From: Ranitomeya imitator
Taxonomy: Eukaryota
Direction of reading: 5' to 3'
DNA: 64,000 nucleotides
NCBI RefSeq assembly: GCF_032444005.1
Contig: NC_091288.1
Location: 225,308,001-225,372,000 of the forward strand
Positions 33,590 through 47,696 of this stretch are shown here, piece after piece. Under the pieces are notes generated by a model. That model saw nothing but the letters and a program-made list of their open reading frames with translations. It made no database searches and was not told where the DNA came from. The position numbers and the translations under genes are program-made. The number at the start of each line of letters is the position of its first letter. The stretch's first letter is position 1.

Positions 33590-35520
33590 GAGGAAGCCAT
33601 AACGTGGGAGGAACTAGAGGCAGACCAAGGTGGTGGAGTTAGAGGAAGCCACAAAGGGGAGGAACTAGGGGCAGACCAAGGTGTTGGAGTTAGAGGAAGC
33701 CTCAAAGGGGGAGGAACTAGAGGCAGACCAAGGTGATGGAGTTAGAGGAAGCTGCAAAGGGGAGGAACTAGAGGCAGACCAAGGTGATGGAGTTAGAGGA
33801 AGCCTCAAAGGGGGAGGAACTAGAGGCAGACCAAGGTGATGGAGTTAGAGGAAGCTGCAAAGGGGAGGAACTAGAGGCAGACCAAGGTGATGGAGTTAGA
33901 GGAAGCCACAAAGTGGAGGAACTAGGGGCAGACCAAGGTGATGGAGTTAGAGGAAGCCACAAAGGGGAGGAACTAGAGGCAGACCAAGGTGATGGAGTTA
34001 GAGGAAGCCTCAAAGGGGGAGGAACTAGAGGCAGACCAAGGTGATGGAGTTAGAGGAAGCCACAAAGGGGAGGAACTAGGGGCAGACCAAGGTGTTGGAG
34101 TTAGAGGAAGCCACAAAGGGGAGGAACTAGGGGCAGACCAAGGTGATGGAGTTAGAGGAAGCTGCAAAGGGGAGGAACTAGAGGCAGACCAAGGTGATGG
34201 AGTTAGAGGAAGCCTCAAAGGGGGAGGAACTAGGGGCAGACCAAGGTGTTGGAGTTAGAGGAAGCTGCAAAGGGGGAGGAACTAGAGGCAGACCAAGGTG
34301 ATGGAGTTAGAGGAAGCCACAAAGGGGGAGGAACTAGGGGCAGACCAAGGTGATGGAGTTAGAGGAAGCCTCAAAGGGGGAGGAACTAGAGGCAGACCAA
34401 GGTGATGGAGTTAGAGGAAGCCACAAAGGGGAGGAACTAGGGGCAGACCAAGGTGATGGAGTTAGAGGAAGCTGCAAAGGGGAGGAACTAGAGGCAGACC
34501 AAGGTGATGGAGTTAGAGGAAGCCACAAAGGGGGAGGAACTAGGGGCAGACCAAGGTGATGGAGTTAGAGGAAGCTGCAAAGGGGGAGGAACTAGGGGCA
34601 GACCAAGGTGATGGAGTTAGAGGAAGCCTCAAAGGGGGAGGAACTAGAGGCAGACCAAGGTGATGGAGTTAGAGGAAGCTGCAAAGGGGGAGGAACTAGG
34701 GGCAGACCAAGGTGATGGAGTTAGAGGAAGCCACAAAGGGGAGGAACTAGAGGCAGACCAAGGTGATGGAGTTAGAGGAAGCCACAAAGGGGAGGAACTA
34801 GGGGCAGACCAAGGTGATGGAGTTAGAGGAAGCCACAAAGGGGAGGAACTAGGGGCAGACCAAGGTGATGGAGTTAGAGGAAGCTGCAAAGGGGAGGAAC
34901 TAGAGGCAGACCAAGGTGATGGAGTTAGAGGAAGCCTCAAAGGGGGAGGAACTAGGGGCAGACCAAGGTGTTGGAGTTAGAGGAAGCCACAAAGGGGGAG
35001 GAACTAGGGGCAGACCAAGGTGATGGAGTTAGAGGAAGCTGCAAAGGGGGAGGAACTAGGGGCAGACCAAGGTGATGGAGTTAGAGGAAGCCTCAAAGGG
35101 GGAGGAACTAGAGGCAGACCAAGGTGATGGAGTTAGAGGAAGCTGCAAAGGGGGAGGAACTAGGGGCAGACCAAGGTGATGGAGTTAGAGGAAGCTGCAA
35201 AGGGGGAGGAACTAGGGGCAGACCAAGGTGATGGAGTTAGAGGAAGCCTCAAAGGGGGAGGAACTAGGGGCAGACCAAGGTGATGGAGTTAGAGGAAGCT
35301 GCAAAGGGGGAGGAACTAGGGGCAGACCAAGGTGATGGAGTTAGAGGAAGCCACAAAGGGGAGGAACTAGAGGCAGACCAAGGTGATGGAGTTAGAGGAA
35401 GCCACAAAGGGGAGGAACTAGAGGCAGACCAAGGTGATGGAGTTAGAGGAAGCCACAAAGGGGGGGAACTAGAGGCAGACCAAGGTGATGGAGTTAGAGG
35501 AAGCCACAAAGGGGGAGGGG
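33590..35520. repeat. 51/52-bp minisatellite (gaggaactagaggcagaccaaggtgatggagttagaggaagccacaaaggg)
   Basis: Regular period; G-run length varies between units. Confidence 0.93.
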
Positions 35521-38034
35521 CTAGAGACAAAGATGTTCTATAAGTTCTTCAGAAATTAGATCATATTTCTCCATAGAAATTCATGAGCACTAACTGTCGT
35601 ATCCAATCACAATAATTGGAAAGTCTGTATTTACTGAAGACACATTTTACCCGTGAATTGAAAGTGAAGCAGAGAAGAGTATTTCTCCGATGAAACATGT
35701 GGTCGCCTTGGAATCCGATGTGGTCAGGTCCAGGGGGCCATAGTCTACTGTAATTATTGTAAAGATCTCTTTCCTATACTGATGCCTCCTGCAGATGTTA
35801 TAGATGTCCGCTGGTCTTGGTGAGGAGACGCTGCCCATTCTTTGTATTGACAACACAGATGTAAATGAGTTTAGCGGCGTCCTCCCCCCCCACGCTGAAG
35901 AATCCTGACCCATCCCTTCATTACAGGACCTCCCATTACATGCAAACCTCGAACCCTCATATATTTGCTTTTATTAAAGTATTTTTGTATTTTGGAAAAG
36001 AAAAAACATATGAACGAATGTAAATTCACGATAAAAATGGGTAACGTGAAGCGGAGAAACAATAAAGCAGAGGGATCATCCCCTCAGGAAAATCAGATAT
36101 CTCCTGGTCCGTTGCAAGCTGCAATGTGAATGTGACAATGACCTCAAGTATTCGCCTTCTGATGCCCTCAGAAATGTTCTCGTGGCCGGAGCCAGAGATG
36201 GAGAACTACCCCAATGTGTCAGGTCTACAACTATCCCATGATGTTCTTCTCATCCATGTAGATAAAGCCGAGCTCCCTCCTCTTATCTTTTCACATTTTT
36301 TGATTGTGGTAGAGATTGGAGAGAAGACATCCTCTACCGGGACGGACCGCGTGAACCCCTCACCACCAGCTCTTCCTGATAGCGCACAGTTGGACGGAGT
36401 CATATTTTACGTGTTTTTCTGCGTCTTGTTGATGAAAGATTCCTAGTTTTCATAGACATGTCTAACTGCTCATTGTGTAGCGAGGCTTCGGACCACCCTG
36501 CGTCCCTCTGAGGGTGCGGGCTATGATCCGATTCTTAGTAGTGGGAGGATGGGAGACATTCTTGTCCTTGGAGCACAGAAGTTGATATATTGGATGATGT
36601 TGCATTCGGGACATCCATACTTCATGTTTTCAGTGGAGACAGGATGAAATCATTCAATGATATTTGTCCTCATGACATCACATTAGAAGCGTCTGACTGT
36701 CGGATGCTCGTAATTGGGGGAAATTGGGTTCCTCACCTTCCAGGTAGTAATTAATAAAGGATTCATTTTTATTACTAGTGGTAATCTGTCATAACTAAAA
36801 TGGAAGTTCACCAAGGAATCCCCCCGACCCCGACGGTGCAGCCAGAGGGTCCGTGTAACCAGTGCGACATGATCAGCTGCCGAGTTGTCCAGTCTTACAC
36901 TGGCGCCATTCTCTGCACGCCGACGTACGCCGGGGCGGTGACTCGTCCTCCCATCTATTTGTACGCTACTTTATTCTCCATTCTTTCAGTGTTATATATA
37001 TATATTAGGAGTGTTTATCACAAGCAAAAGGAATTAGTATCGTGCGACTGCGCTGAATATATAACATCAATACAAAACACAACTACAAATAGCGTTTAAC
37101 TATTTATATAACAAGATAACAAATCACAGACTCAACAGGAAAAGAAAAGGAGCAGGAGGGGGCAACGAATATAATATTGTGTCCACAGACCGATGCACTG
37201 CAACGTCACAGAAACCATCAGTAGTAAATGCCAGACTTCAGCCAAATGTAATTATTATAGAAATAGAGCAATTAATAATAATATAAAATGAATAATATTA
37301 GCGTCATAAATAATAAATACCGATGAAAAGGACCGTGATAAAGCGGCACCATACAAAATGCGTCATATATAAGGATGATATCGGGGTAACGTGAAGAGAC
37401 GGCACCGAGGAGGCAACATGTGGCGATTGCTGTATTAGTGCCTCAAATAAAACCACTGATTAATGGAAAGCCGTCTAATAATCTGTAGTGGTAAAGAAAT
37501 AATTCATTAGGTGTCTGCTATGATACAAAGTGACAAGTGCTGAAAAAAGATGGAATGAATACTTGTATTGCTATATAAGGTGCTGCGGTAAAGGACTATG
37601 CTGCCCACCCGCCCGCACCGCTGGCCACGACGCGCGTTTTCACAAAGCTTTGACCAGGGACCAGCACCGGCCACTTTTGGCACTTGTCAGCATCTTCTCT
37701 ACATGAACTGATGTAATCCCTCAAACAGGGAAATTGCAGGTTGTGAGGTAGCAAAGCACAAAAAATGCCAAGGGGGTGAAGATTTTCACAAACCACTGTA
37801 ATATATAATGCTTATGGACTTTGCCTGGAAATGTAGCTACATGTATCCACAACTATTTCGGCACAGTTCCCTACTAAAAGCCGCTACAAACACTTTCAAG
37901 TGGCCTTTAGCAAAGTTTCCAGAGACCCCTATAAACATAAAGTGTTCATCAGCAGCGGCAGCCATCCTTCCTGACCGCACCGTTTACTCTCTGTGGATGG
38001 TCCATTGCTGCGGAGATTTCTACATCACCTAAGC

Positions 38035-40960
38035 AGGTTTGCGTATGATACATTGTTACGTATGACACATTGTTATGCATGATAGATTGTTACATATGAT
38101 ACATTGTTATGTATGACTAGATTGTGGCCCGATTCTAACGCATCGGGTATTCTAGAATATGCATGTCCCCGTAGTATATGGACAATGATGATTCCAGAAT
38201 TTGCGGCAGACTGTGCCCGTTGCTGATTGGTCGAGGCAACCTTTATGACATCATCGTCGCCATGGCAACCATTATGACATCATCGTTGCTGTGCCCGTTG
38301 CTGATTGGTCGAGGCCTGGTGGCCTCGACCAATCAGAGACGCAGGATGTCTACGTCCTTTATGACATCATCGTCGCTGTGCCCGTTGCTGATTGGTCGAG
38401 GCCTGGCGGCCTCGACCAATCAGAGACGCGGGATTTCTACGTCGATGCTGTGCCGGTCTCTGATTGGTCGAGGCCTGGCGGCCTCGACCAATCAGAGAGC
38501 AGGGATTTCCAGGACAGACAGACAGACAGACAGACGGAAAAACCCTTAGACAATTATATATATAGATACATTGGTACATATGATACATTGTTACAGCGGA
38601 TACATTGTTGCAGAGGATACATTGTTACAGAGGATACTTTGTTATGTATGATACATTGTTACATATGATACATTGTTACATATGATACATTGCTACCTAT
38701 GATACATTGCTACAGACGATACATTGTTGCAGATGATATATTGATACAGCTGATATATTGTTGCAGATGATACATTGTTACAGAGGATACACTGCTATGT
38801 ATGATACATTGTTGCAGATGATACATTGTTATGTATGATAGATTGTTACGTATGATACATTGTTACGTATGATACATTGGTGCACATGATACATTGTTAC
38901 CTATGATACATTGCTACAGAGGATACATTGTTGCAGATGATACATTGTTACAGATGATACATTGTTACAGAGGATACATTGCTATGTATGATACATTGTT
39001 GCAGAGCATACCTTGTTACAGAGGATACATTGTTACGTATGATACATTGGTACAGAGGATACATTGATACAGCGGATACATTGTTGCAAATGATACATTG
39101 TTACGTATGATACATTGTTACGTATGATACATTGTTACATATGATACATTGCTACAGAGGATACATTGTTGCAGATGATACATTGTTATGTATGATACAT
39201 TGTTGCAGAGGATGCATTGTTATGTATGATACATTGGTGCAGATGATACATTGTTACCTATGATACATTGGTATGTATGATACATTGATACAGCGGATAC
39301 ATTGTTGCAGATGATACATTGTTACAGATGATACATTGTTACAGAGGATACATTGCTATGTATGATACATTGTTGCAGAGCATACCTTGTTACAGAGGAT
39401 ACATTGTTACGTATGATACATTGGAACATATGATACATTGTTATGTATGATACATTGCTACAGAGGATACATTGATACGGCGGATACATTGTTGCAGATG
39501 ATACATTGATACAGCGGATATTGTTACAGATGATACATTGTTGCAGAGGATACATTGTTATGTATGATACATTGTTACAGAGGATACATTGTTACAGATG
39601 ATACATTGTTGCAGAGGATACATTGTTATGTATGATACATTGTTACAGAGGATACATTGTTGCAGATGATACATTGGTACATATGATACATTGGTACATA
39701 TGATACATTGGTACAGAGGATACATTGCTACAGAGGATACATTGTTGCAGATGATACATTGTTACAGAGGATACATTGTTACAGAGGATACATTGTTGCA
39801 GATGATACATTGTTACAGATGATACATTGTCGCAGAGGATACATTGTTATGTATGATACATTGTTACAGAGGATAAATTGTTACAGATGATACATTGTTA
39901 CAGAGGATACATTGTTGCAGATGATACATTGGTACAGAGGATACATTGGTACAGAGGATACATTGTTGCAGATGATACATTGCTACAGAGGATACATTGT
40001 TGCAGATGATATATTGCTAGAGGATACATTGTTGCAGATGATACATTGTTACAGAGGATACATTGTTGCAGATGATACATTGTTACAGAGGATACATTGT
40101 TACAGAGGATACATTGTTGCAGATGATACATTGTTACAGATGATACATTGTCGCAGAGGATACATTGTTATGTATGATACATTGTTACAGAGGATACATT
40201 GTTACAGATGATACATTGTTACAGAGGATACATTGTTGCAGATGATACATTGGTACAGAGGATACATTGGTACAGAGGATACATTGTTGCAGATGATACA
40301 TTGCTACAGAGGATACATTGTTGCAGATGATATATTGCTAGAGGATACATTGTTGCAGATGATACATTGTTACAGAGGATACATTGCTATGTATGATACA
40401 TTGTTGCAGATGATACATTGTTACAGATGATACATTGTTGCAGATGATACATTGGAACATATGATACATTGTTGCAGATGATACATTGTTACAGAGGATA
40501 CATTGCTATGTATGATACATTGTTGCAGATGATACATTGTTGCAGATGATACATTGGTACATATGATACATTGGTACAGATGATACATTGGTACAGAGGA
40601 TACATTGTTGCAGATGATATATTGCTAGAGGATACATTGTTACCGATGATACATTGTTACAGAGGATACATTGCTATGTATGATACATTGTTGCAGATGA
40701 TACATTGTTGCAGAGGATACATTGCTATGTATGATACATTGTTACAGAGGATACATTGTTACAGATGATACATTGTTACAGAGGATACATTGTTGCAGAT
40801 GATACATTGTTGCAGATGATACATTGGTACATATGATACATTGGTACATATGATACATTGTTGCAGATGATACATTGCTACAGAGGATACATTGTTGCAG
40901 ATGATATATTGCTAGAGGATACATTGTTGCAGATGATACATTGTTGCAGAGGATACATTG
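38035..40960. repeat. ~17-bp AT-rich satellite (gatacattgttacagag variants)
   Basis: Continuous variants of gatacattg; interrupted by a Helitron at 38117-38566. Confidence 0.93.
38117..38566 (-). mobile_element. Non-autonomous Helitron (450 bp)
   Basis: On the minus strand it starts TC and ends CTAG, with hairpin cccgat-gcgttaga-atcggg ~10 nt before the end. It is inserted between A and T of a satellite unit with no TSD and carries an internal (gaca)n. Confidence 0.82.
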
Positions 40961-41312
40961 GTTTAGCACTTCCTTTGCTCGGAGTGTTTAGCACAACAGA
41001 TTTTTTTTATCATCTTTTCGCCTCTCCTCACAGATTTCTCACACACGTCTCTATGTGTTTTGCTGCTTTCCCCTGTTTTGGGCGCTATTGTCTTCATCCC
41101 GGGAGGATAGAATAGGTTGGATGATGCCAATAGTTTCCGGTTTTCGTTCCACATTTCTGGCCTGGCTGTAAATGAAGGCATGCAGCGCCTGCTGGGTTAT
41201 GGGGTGTTCTCCTGTGTCCCCAGGGAAGGTTTTGGGAGCGTTACCTTGGGCCTTTAGAAGCGCCTCTTCTTTTTTCCTGTGGAGTCCTCCTTCGTGACAT
41301 ATAATTGGTGAC

Positions 41313-41396
41313 ATTATGATGGAATATAGGCTGAACTGGATGGACAAATGTCTTTTTTCGGCCTTACTAACTATGTTACTATGTTATGTTATGTTA
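41313..41396 (+). mobile_element. Short 3' end of a CR1 family with (ctatgtta)n tail
   Basis: Near-identical to the 3' end of the CR1 at 46487-47391. Confidence 0.8.
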
Positions 41397-41399
41397 TGA

Positions 41400-42800
41400 C
41401 ATGCCCTCATCACTGCCATCATGGTACATTGTCATCTAAGTGGTCAGCCCTAAGGAAAGAGATAAACTCCTCAGATTGTGCCATAGGAGATGGGAATTTC
41501 CATTCTTCCTTGGGGTCATTAGTTCCAGCCCCGGTGAGATGGGAGCGTAGTGCGAGTTCATTATTCCATGTATTATTGACAGTCTTGTAGATATTAAGAA
41601 ATGTCTCTCCTGGGAAAAAGTTTTGCTGGGCCAAGGGTGGCAAGTATTATCATATTCTTCCAAACTTGCTTCTCTACGTGCATCACACGAGGAGAGTCGT
41701 TCCATTCGGTTGGTGGAGGGTTAGTGACGGCTCCAGGGTGATCGTGGGTTGGTGCCATCGTGAGCATTGCTCGTGGCTGCCGTCCCTTCCTATATATCCT
41801 ACATGGTTGATACTTGAATAGTGTCGGCAGGGTGGACATATAGATGATCATGGTCAGGGGTATAGTCATTCACCAACACATATGGTTGACTTGAGCTGGT
41901 AATTTGAAGATCAGCTATTTCCACTGGGGTGACTCTGTGGGACTTTTAGAACATACAGATTTTTTTTAGTTATACTTGTGAAGATGAGTGAGACGCCTTG
42001 TCATGTTCCCCAACGCACAGCTTCCTCGCTTTGTCTTGATTTATAACTTTTTATCTTTTTATTGGGGGGTTAAGGCTCAGCACATTCCAGGATTGGAATT
42101 GTATCTTTGAAGATGTGTGGTACCTGATGTTTGTGTGGATTAAGTGCTCACCTTGTATCCAGATAAGTGGTCTTCAGGAGAGATCTTCTAACATATTTCT
42201 CCTTGCTATGGTCCCAGCGAGCCACAGAGGTCGGTTATTGGTTGTGGTGGCCTTGGAGGTGAGGTCCACACAACCATCCATCCAAAGGTCAACGTGAAGA
42301 CATGTGAGAGTTCTTTCACAGAGTATTAACCACAGTAATGCTGGAGGTTATTCCCAGCAGCTTATCGCAGTATACACCCATAGAACAGTAACCAGAACAT
42401 GTCATTTACAAGTAACATGTGTTGTGAGTCCTGCTCAGCATCCTGGACAGTGATCATGCAGGCGGACCTTCAGTTTGCCATTTTCAGGGTTTTCATATAT
42501 TAAGGTTTGGGCACCATCCTAAACTTTCCATTTTGCTGGAGATAGGAGCTGGAACTTCGATGTTCTTTATAGAGTAGGCGAGAAATCATCGAGAAAATTT
42601 TACATGTCTGAGCCACAGAATAGTCCTGAAATATCAGGGCTGATTCTCCTTGACAAACACATCTCTCTGTTGTTTAGTAGTTCTCAACACTACTTCTTTT
42701 GTTGCCCAATATGTGTATTTAGAAATAACCGGGCACAGTTACCTGTGGTTATTGGCTTTGGTCAGATTTGGTGGTTCCAACCCAAGGTCCCTTGTTGTCA
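41400..42800 (-). mobile_element. Highly degenerate L1/Tx1-type LINE remnant (ORF1 C-terminal and ORF2 C-terminal pieces)
   Basis: Hand translation across frameshifts gives TKEVVLRTTKQQRDVFVKENQ / LIFQDYS (ORF1-like) and THLHKYN...C, RMERLSS...HPW (ORF2 end-like). Confidence 0.45.
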
Positions 42801-42829
42801 TCATTGGGTCTCTTTCTGACTCTGGTGGA

Positions 42830-44850
42830 GCCATCAGCGGAGAAGCTGCCTGCATAGCATGGTGTTCTGAAAGCCCTGATGGCTGAGCTTGTGGACAGAA
42901 TTATTGTGGAGTGATGGCCCTTCCCTTTCTGACTCTGGTGGAGGCATCAGCGGAGAGGCCTGGACAGCATGGTGGTCTGAAGGCTCTGATGGGTGAGCTT
43001 GTAGACAGAACTGTGGTGGAGTGTTGTTTCATCCCTTTCTGACGCTAGTGGAGTCATCAGCAGAGATGCTGCCTGCACAGCATGGTGGTCTGAGGGCTGA
43101 GCTTGTGGACAGAGCTGTGGTGGAGTAATGTCCCTTCCCTTTCTGACTCTGGTGGACCCATCAGCGGAGAGGCCTGGACAGCATGGTGGTCTGAAGGCTC
43201 TGATTCGTGAGCTTGTAGACAAATCTGTGGTGGAGTGTTGTTCCTTTTCTTTCTGACGCTAGTGGAGTCATCAGCGGAGAGGCTGCCTGCACAGCATGGT
43301 GGTCTGAGGGCTGAGCTTGTGGACAGAGCTATGGCAGAGTGATGTCCCTTCCCTTTCTCTAGTGGAGCCATCAGTGGGGAGGCCTCCTGGACAGCATAGT
43401 GTTCTGATGGCCCTAATGGGTGAACTTGTGGCCAGAGCTGTGGCAGAGTGACGTCCCTTCCCTTTCTGGCTCTGGTGGAGGCATCAGTGGAGAGGCCTCC
43501 AGGACAGCATGGGGTTCTGTTGGCCCTGATGGGTGACATTGTGGACAGCGCTGTGGTGGAATGATGTCCCTTCCCTTTCTGACTCTGGTGGAGGCATCAG
43601 TGGAGAGGCCTCCAGGACAGCATGGGGTTCTGTTGGCCCTGATGGGTGAGATTGTGGACAGCGCTGTGGTGGAATGATGTCCCTTCCCTTTCTGACTCTG
43701 GTGGAGGCATCAGTGGAGAGGCCTCCAGGACAGCATGGGGTTCTGTTGGCCCTGATGGGTGAGATTGTGGACAGCGCTGTGGTGGAATGATGTCCCTTCC
43801 CTTTCTGACTCTGGTGGAGGCATCAGTGGAGAGGCCTCCAGGACAGCATGCGGTTCTGTTGGCCCTGATGGGTGAGATTGTGGACAGCGCTGTGGTGGAA
43901 TGATGTCCCTTCCCTTTCTGACTCTGGTGGAGGCATCAGTGGAGAGGCCTCCAGGACAGCATGGGGTTCTGTTGGCCCTGATGGGTGAGATTGTGGACAG
44001 CGCTGTGGTGGAATGATGTCCCTTCCCTTTCTGACTCTGGTGGAGGCATCAGTGGAGAGGCCTCCAGGACAGCATGGGATTCTGTTGGCCCTGATGGGTG
44101 AGATTGTGGACAGCGCTGTGGTGGAATGATGTCCCTTCCCTTTCTGACTCTGGTGGAGGCATCAGTGGAGAGGCCTCCAGGACAGCATGCGGTTCTGTTG
44201 GCCCTGATGGGTGAGATTGTGGACAGCGCTGTGGTGGAATGATGTCCCTTCCCTTTCTGACTCTGGTGGAGGCATCAGTGGAGAAGCCTCCAGGACAGCA
44301 TGGGGTTCTGTTGGCCCTGATGGGTGAGATTGTGGACAGCGCTGTGGTGGAATGATGTCCCTTCCCTTTCTGACTCTGGTGGAGGCATCAGTGGAGAGGC
44401 CTCCAGGACAGCATGGGGTTCTGTTGGCCCTGATGGGTGAGATTGTGGACAGCGCTGTGGTGGAATGATGTCCCTTCCCTTTCTGACTCTGGTGGAGGCA
44501 TCAGTGGAGAGGCCTCCAGGACAGCATGGGGTTCTGTTGGCCCTGATGGGTGAGATTGTGGACAGCGCTGTGGTGGAATGATGTCCCTTCCCTTTCTGGC
44601 TCTGGTGGAGGCATCAGTGGAGAGGCCTCCAGGACAGCATGGGGTTCTGTTGGCCCTGATGGGTGAGGTTATGGACAGCGCTGTGGTGGAATGATGTCCC
44701 TTCCCTTTCTGGCTCTGGTGGAGGCATCAGTGGAGAGGCCTCCAGGACAGCATGGGGTTCTGTTGGCCCTGATGGGTGAGGTTATGGACAGCGCTGTGGT
44801 GGAATGATGTCCCTTCCCTTTCTGGCTCTGGTGGAGGCATCAGTGGAGAG
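42830..44850. repeat. 113-bp tandem array (~12 near-perfect copies at 43480-44850, degenerate copies to the left)
   Basis: ggacagcat recurs at 43502, 43615, 43728 and onward. Confidence 0.92.
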
Positions 44851-45177
44851 GCCGGTGACTTTGTGCACTTTTACAATTCTGAGTTTTGATTCCCTGCTTG
44901 TGATCTTTTTTGGACACTTGGTTGTGGTTCGTGTTATTCATTGCATGCGTGTTGACATTTCAGCTGGTATTGTTAGATATTTGTCCATACGAAGGGCAGA
45001 AGCGGTGTATAAGGGTTTACTTGTATATTCATTCCGAAAATGTGATTAAGGTGGGATGGAGCATGGCACGAGGGCAGCCTTTTTTTGTTACATTGTCTTT
45101 ACAGATAAATGTCCTGTCTTCTAAGTGACGATTTTTTCCAACTGACCAGGTGTGCACAGATTTTGTCTTTGCTATAA

Positions 45178-45471
45178 GGCTATGTGCACACGTTCAGGTT
45201 TTTTCGCTATAAAAACGCATACATTATGCATCCTATCATTTAGAATGCATTCTGCAATTTTTGTGCACATGATGCGGTTTTTTTCCGTGAAAAACAAAAT
45301 GCATCGTGATAAAAAAAAGCAGCATGTTCATTAATTTTGCGGATTTTTCGCATTTTTCCCGCTATTTAATACATTGGGAAAACGCACAAAAAACGCATGC
45401 GGATTTCTGGCAGAAATGTCTGGTTTTTGTCAGGAAATTTCTGCAAGAAATCCTGACGCGTGCACATACCC
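45178..45471. mobile_element. PIF/Harbinger-type MITE (294 bp)
   Basis: TAA TSD on both sides (45175-77, 45472-74); TIRs ggctatgtgcacacgt / acgcgtgcacataccc. Confidence 0.75.
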
Positions 45472-45628
45472 TAAGCGTTGTGACTCGGTGGACTTTCCCA
45501 CAAAGATTTAGATTGACTGTTTGACAAACCTTGAGGTGTCGCTGTGATCCAGTAATTGACCAGGAAGCCATTAGAAATAGTACTAGTATTACAGAGCTCA
45601 GTCCAAAGGGTTCACAGACTGTCATTAA

Positions 45629-47696
45629 CCCCTTACTGCCATCGGACGTACTATTACACCGATAGCAGTATCCCCCGCTTTGATGTGGGCTCCAGCGGTG
45701 AGCCGACCTCAAAGCCAGGACATGTCAGCCGTTTTGAACAGCTGACATGTGCCCACCCGCCGCTATTAACTAGCTAAATGTCAAACTCTGACAGAGGCAT
45801 TTAACAAGCGCTTCTGGCCATCGGGCCAGAAATGCGCACACCGGTGACCTGCGTCACGTGATCGCGGGTCACTGGTGTGTCGGCATGATCGCGGGTCACT
45901 TTGGTTGTTGATGCAGGATTGCTATGAGCCACCCTGTAGATCTGAGCATCGCTCCTATGTAGCAGAGGCGATCAGGCTATGTCAGCTTCTGGCCTCCCAG
46001 GGAGACTATTGAAGCATGGCAAAAGTAAAAAAAAAAAATATTTTAAAAATATGAAAAAAAAAAAAATGAAAAGTTCAAATCACCCCCCTTTCGCCCCATT
46101 CAAAAGAAAACAAAAATAAAATCAAACAGATATTTGGTATCGCCACATTCAGAATCGTCCGACCAATTAAAAAGAACTGATCGATAAATGGCGTAGCGAG
46201 AAAAAAAAAAGTCAAAACACCAGAATTACTTTTCTTTGGTTGCTGCGACATTGCATTAAAATGCAAAAACGGGTGATCAAAAGATCGAATCTGCACAAAA
46301 ATGGTATCATTAAAAACGTCAGCTAGGCGTGCAAAAAATAAGCCCTCAACCGACCCCAGATCACGAAAAATGGAGACGCTACGGGTCTTGGAAAATGGTG
46401 CAAATTTTTTTGTCTTTTCTTTTTTTTTTTAGCAAATTTTGGAAAAAATTTTCATCACTTAGATCAAAAAGAACCTAGACATGTTTAACATAGTAACATA
46501 GTTAGTAAGGCCGAAAAAAGACATGTGTCCATCCAGTTCAGCCTATATTCCATCATAATAAATACCCAGATCTACGTCCTTCTACAGAACCTAATAATTG
46601 TATGATACAATATTGTTCTGCTCCAGGAAGACATCCAGGCCTCTCTTGAACCCCTCGACTGAGTTCGCCATCACCACCTCCTCAGGCAAGCAATTCCAGA
46701 TTCTCACTGCCCTAACAGTAAAGAATCCTCTTCTATGTTGGTGGAAAAACCTTCTCTCCTCCAGACGCAAAGAATGCCCCCTTGTGCCCGTCACCTTCCT
46801 TGGTATAAACAGATCCTCAGCGAGATATTTGTATTGTCCCCTTATATACTTATACATGGTTATTAGATCGCCCCTCAGTCGTCTTTTTTCTAGACTAAAT
46901 AATCTTAGTTTCGCTAATCTATCTGGGTATTGTAGTTCTCCCATCCCCTTTATTAATTTTGTTGCCCTCCTTTGTACTCTCTCTAGTTCCATTATATCCT
47001 TCCTGAGCAACGGTGCCCAAAACTGGACACAGTACTCCATGTGCGGTCTAACTAGGGATTTGTACAGAGGCAGTATAATGCTCTCATCATGTGTATCCAG
47101 ACCTCTTTTAATGCACCCCATGATCCTGTTTGCCTTGGCAGCTGCTGCCTGGCACTGGCTGCTCCAGGTAAGTTTATCATTAACTAGGATCCCCAAGTCC
47201 TTCTCCCTGTCAGATTTACCCAGTGGTTTCCCGTTCAGTGTGTAATGGTGATATTGATTCCTTCTTCCCATGTGTATAACCTTACATTTATCATTGTTAA
47301 ACCTCATCTGCCACCTTTCAGCCCAAGTTTCCAACTTATCCAGATCCATCTGTAGCAGAATACTATCTTCTCTTGTATTAACTGCTTTACAGTTAGGTGT
47401 CTATGAACTCGTAATGACCTGGAGAATCATAATGGCAGCTCAGTTTTAGCATTTAACGAACCTAGCAAAAAAGCCAAATAAAAAAAAAAGTGTGGGATTG
47501 CACTTTTTTTGCAATTTCACTGCACTTGGATTTTTTCCCCGTTTTCTGTCACAGGACATGGTAAAACCAATGGTATCGCTCAAAAGTACAACTCGTCCCG
47601 CAAAAAAATAAGCCCTCACATGGCCCTATTGACGGAAAAATAAAAAAGTTATGGCTCTGGAAAGAAGGGGAGCGAAAACCGAAAAAGCCCCGGAGG
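45629..47696. mobile_element. TTAA-flanked non-autonomous DNA transposon carrying a nested CR1
   Basis: ttaa-ccccttactgcc at 45625 and cggagg-ttaa at 47697 (right TIR degenerate); host sequence resumes after the CR1. Confidence 0.5.
46487..47391 (-). mobile_element. 5'-truncated young CR1 LINE with intact ORF2 C-terminus
   Basis: ORF 46591-47349 contains [27 protein letters not shown] and LFSLEKRRLRGDLI; (ctatgtta)n tail. Confidence 0.93.

Noticed and set aside
35550-37600. Unique-sequence region with several 65-106 aa ORFs and splice-like motifs
   Set aside because: No protein family was recognisable by hand translation, and I could not build a consistent exon chain. BLASTX/RNA-seq is needed.
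46598-47245. 215-aa plus-strand ORF
   Set aside because: It is the antisense shadow of CR1 ORF2.
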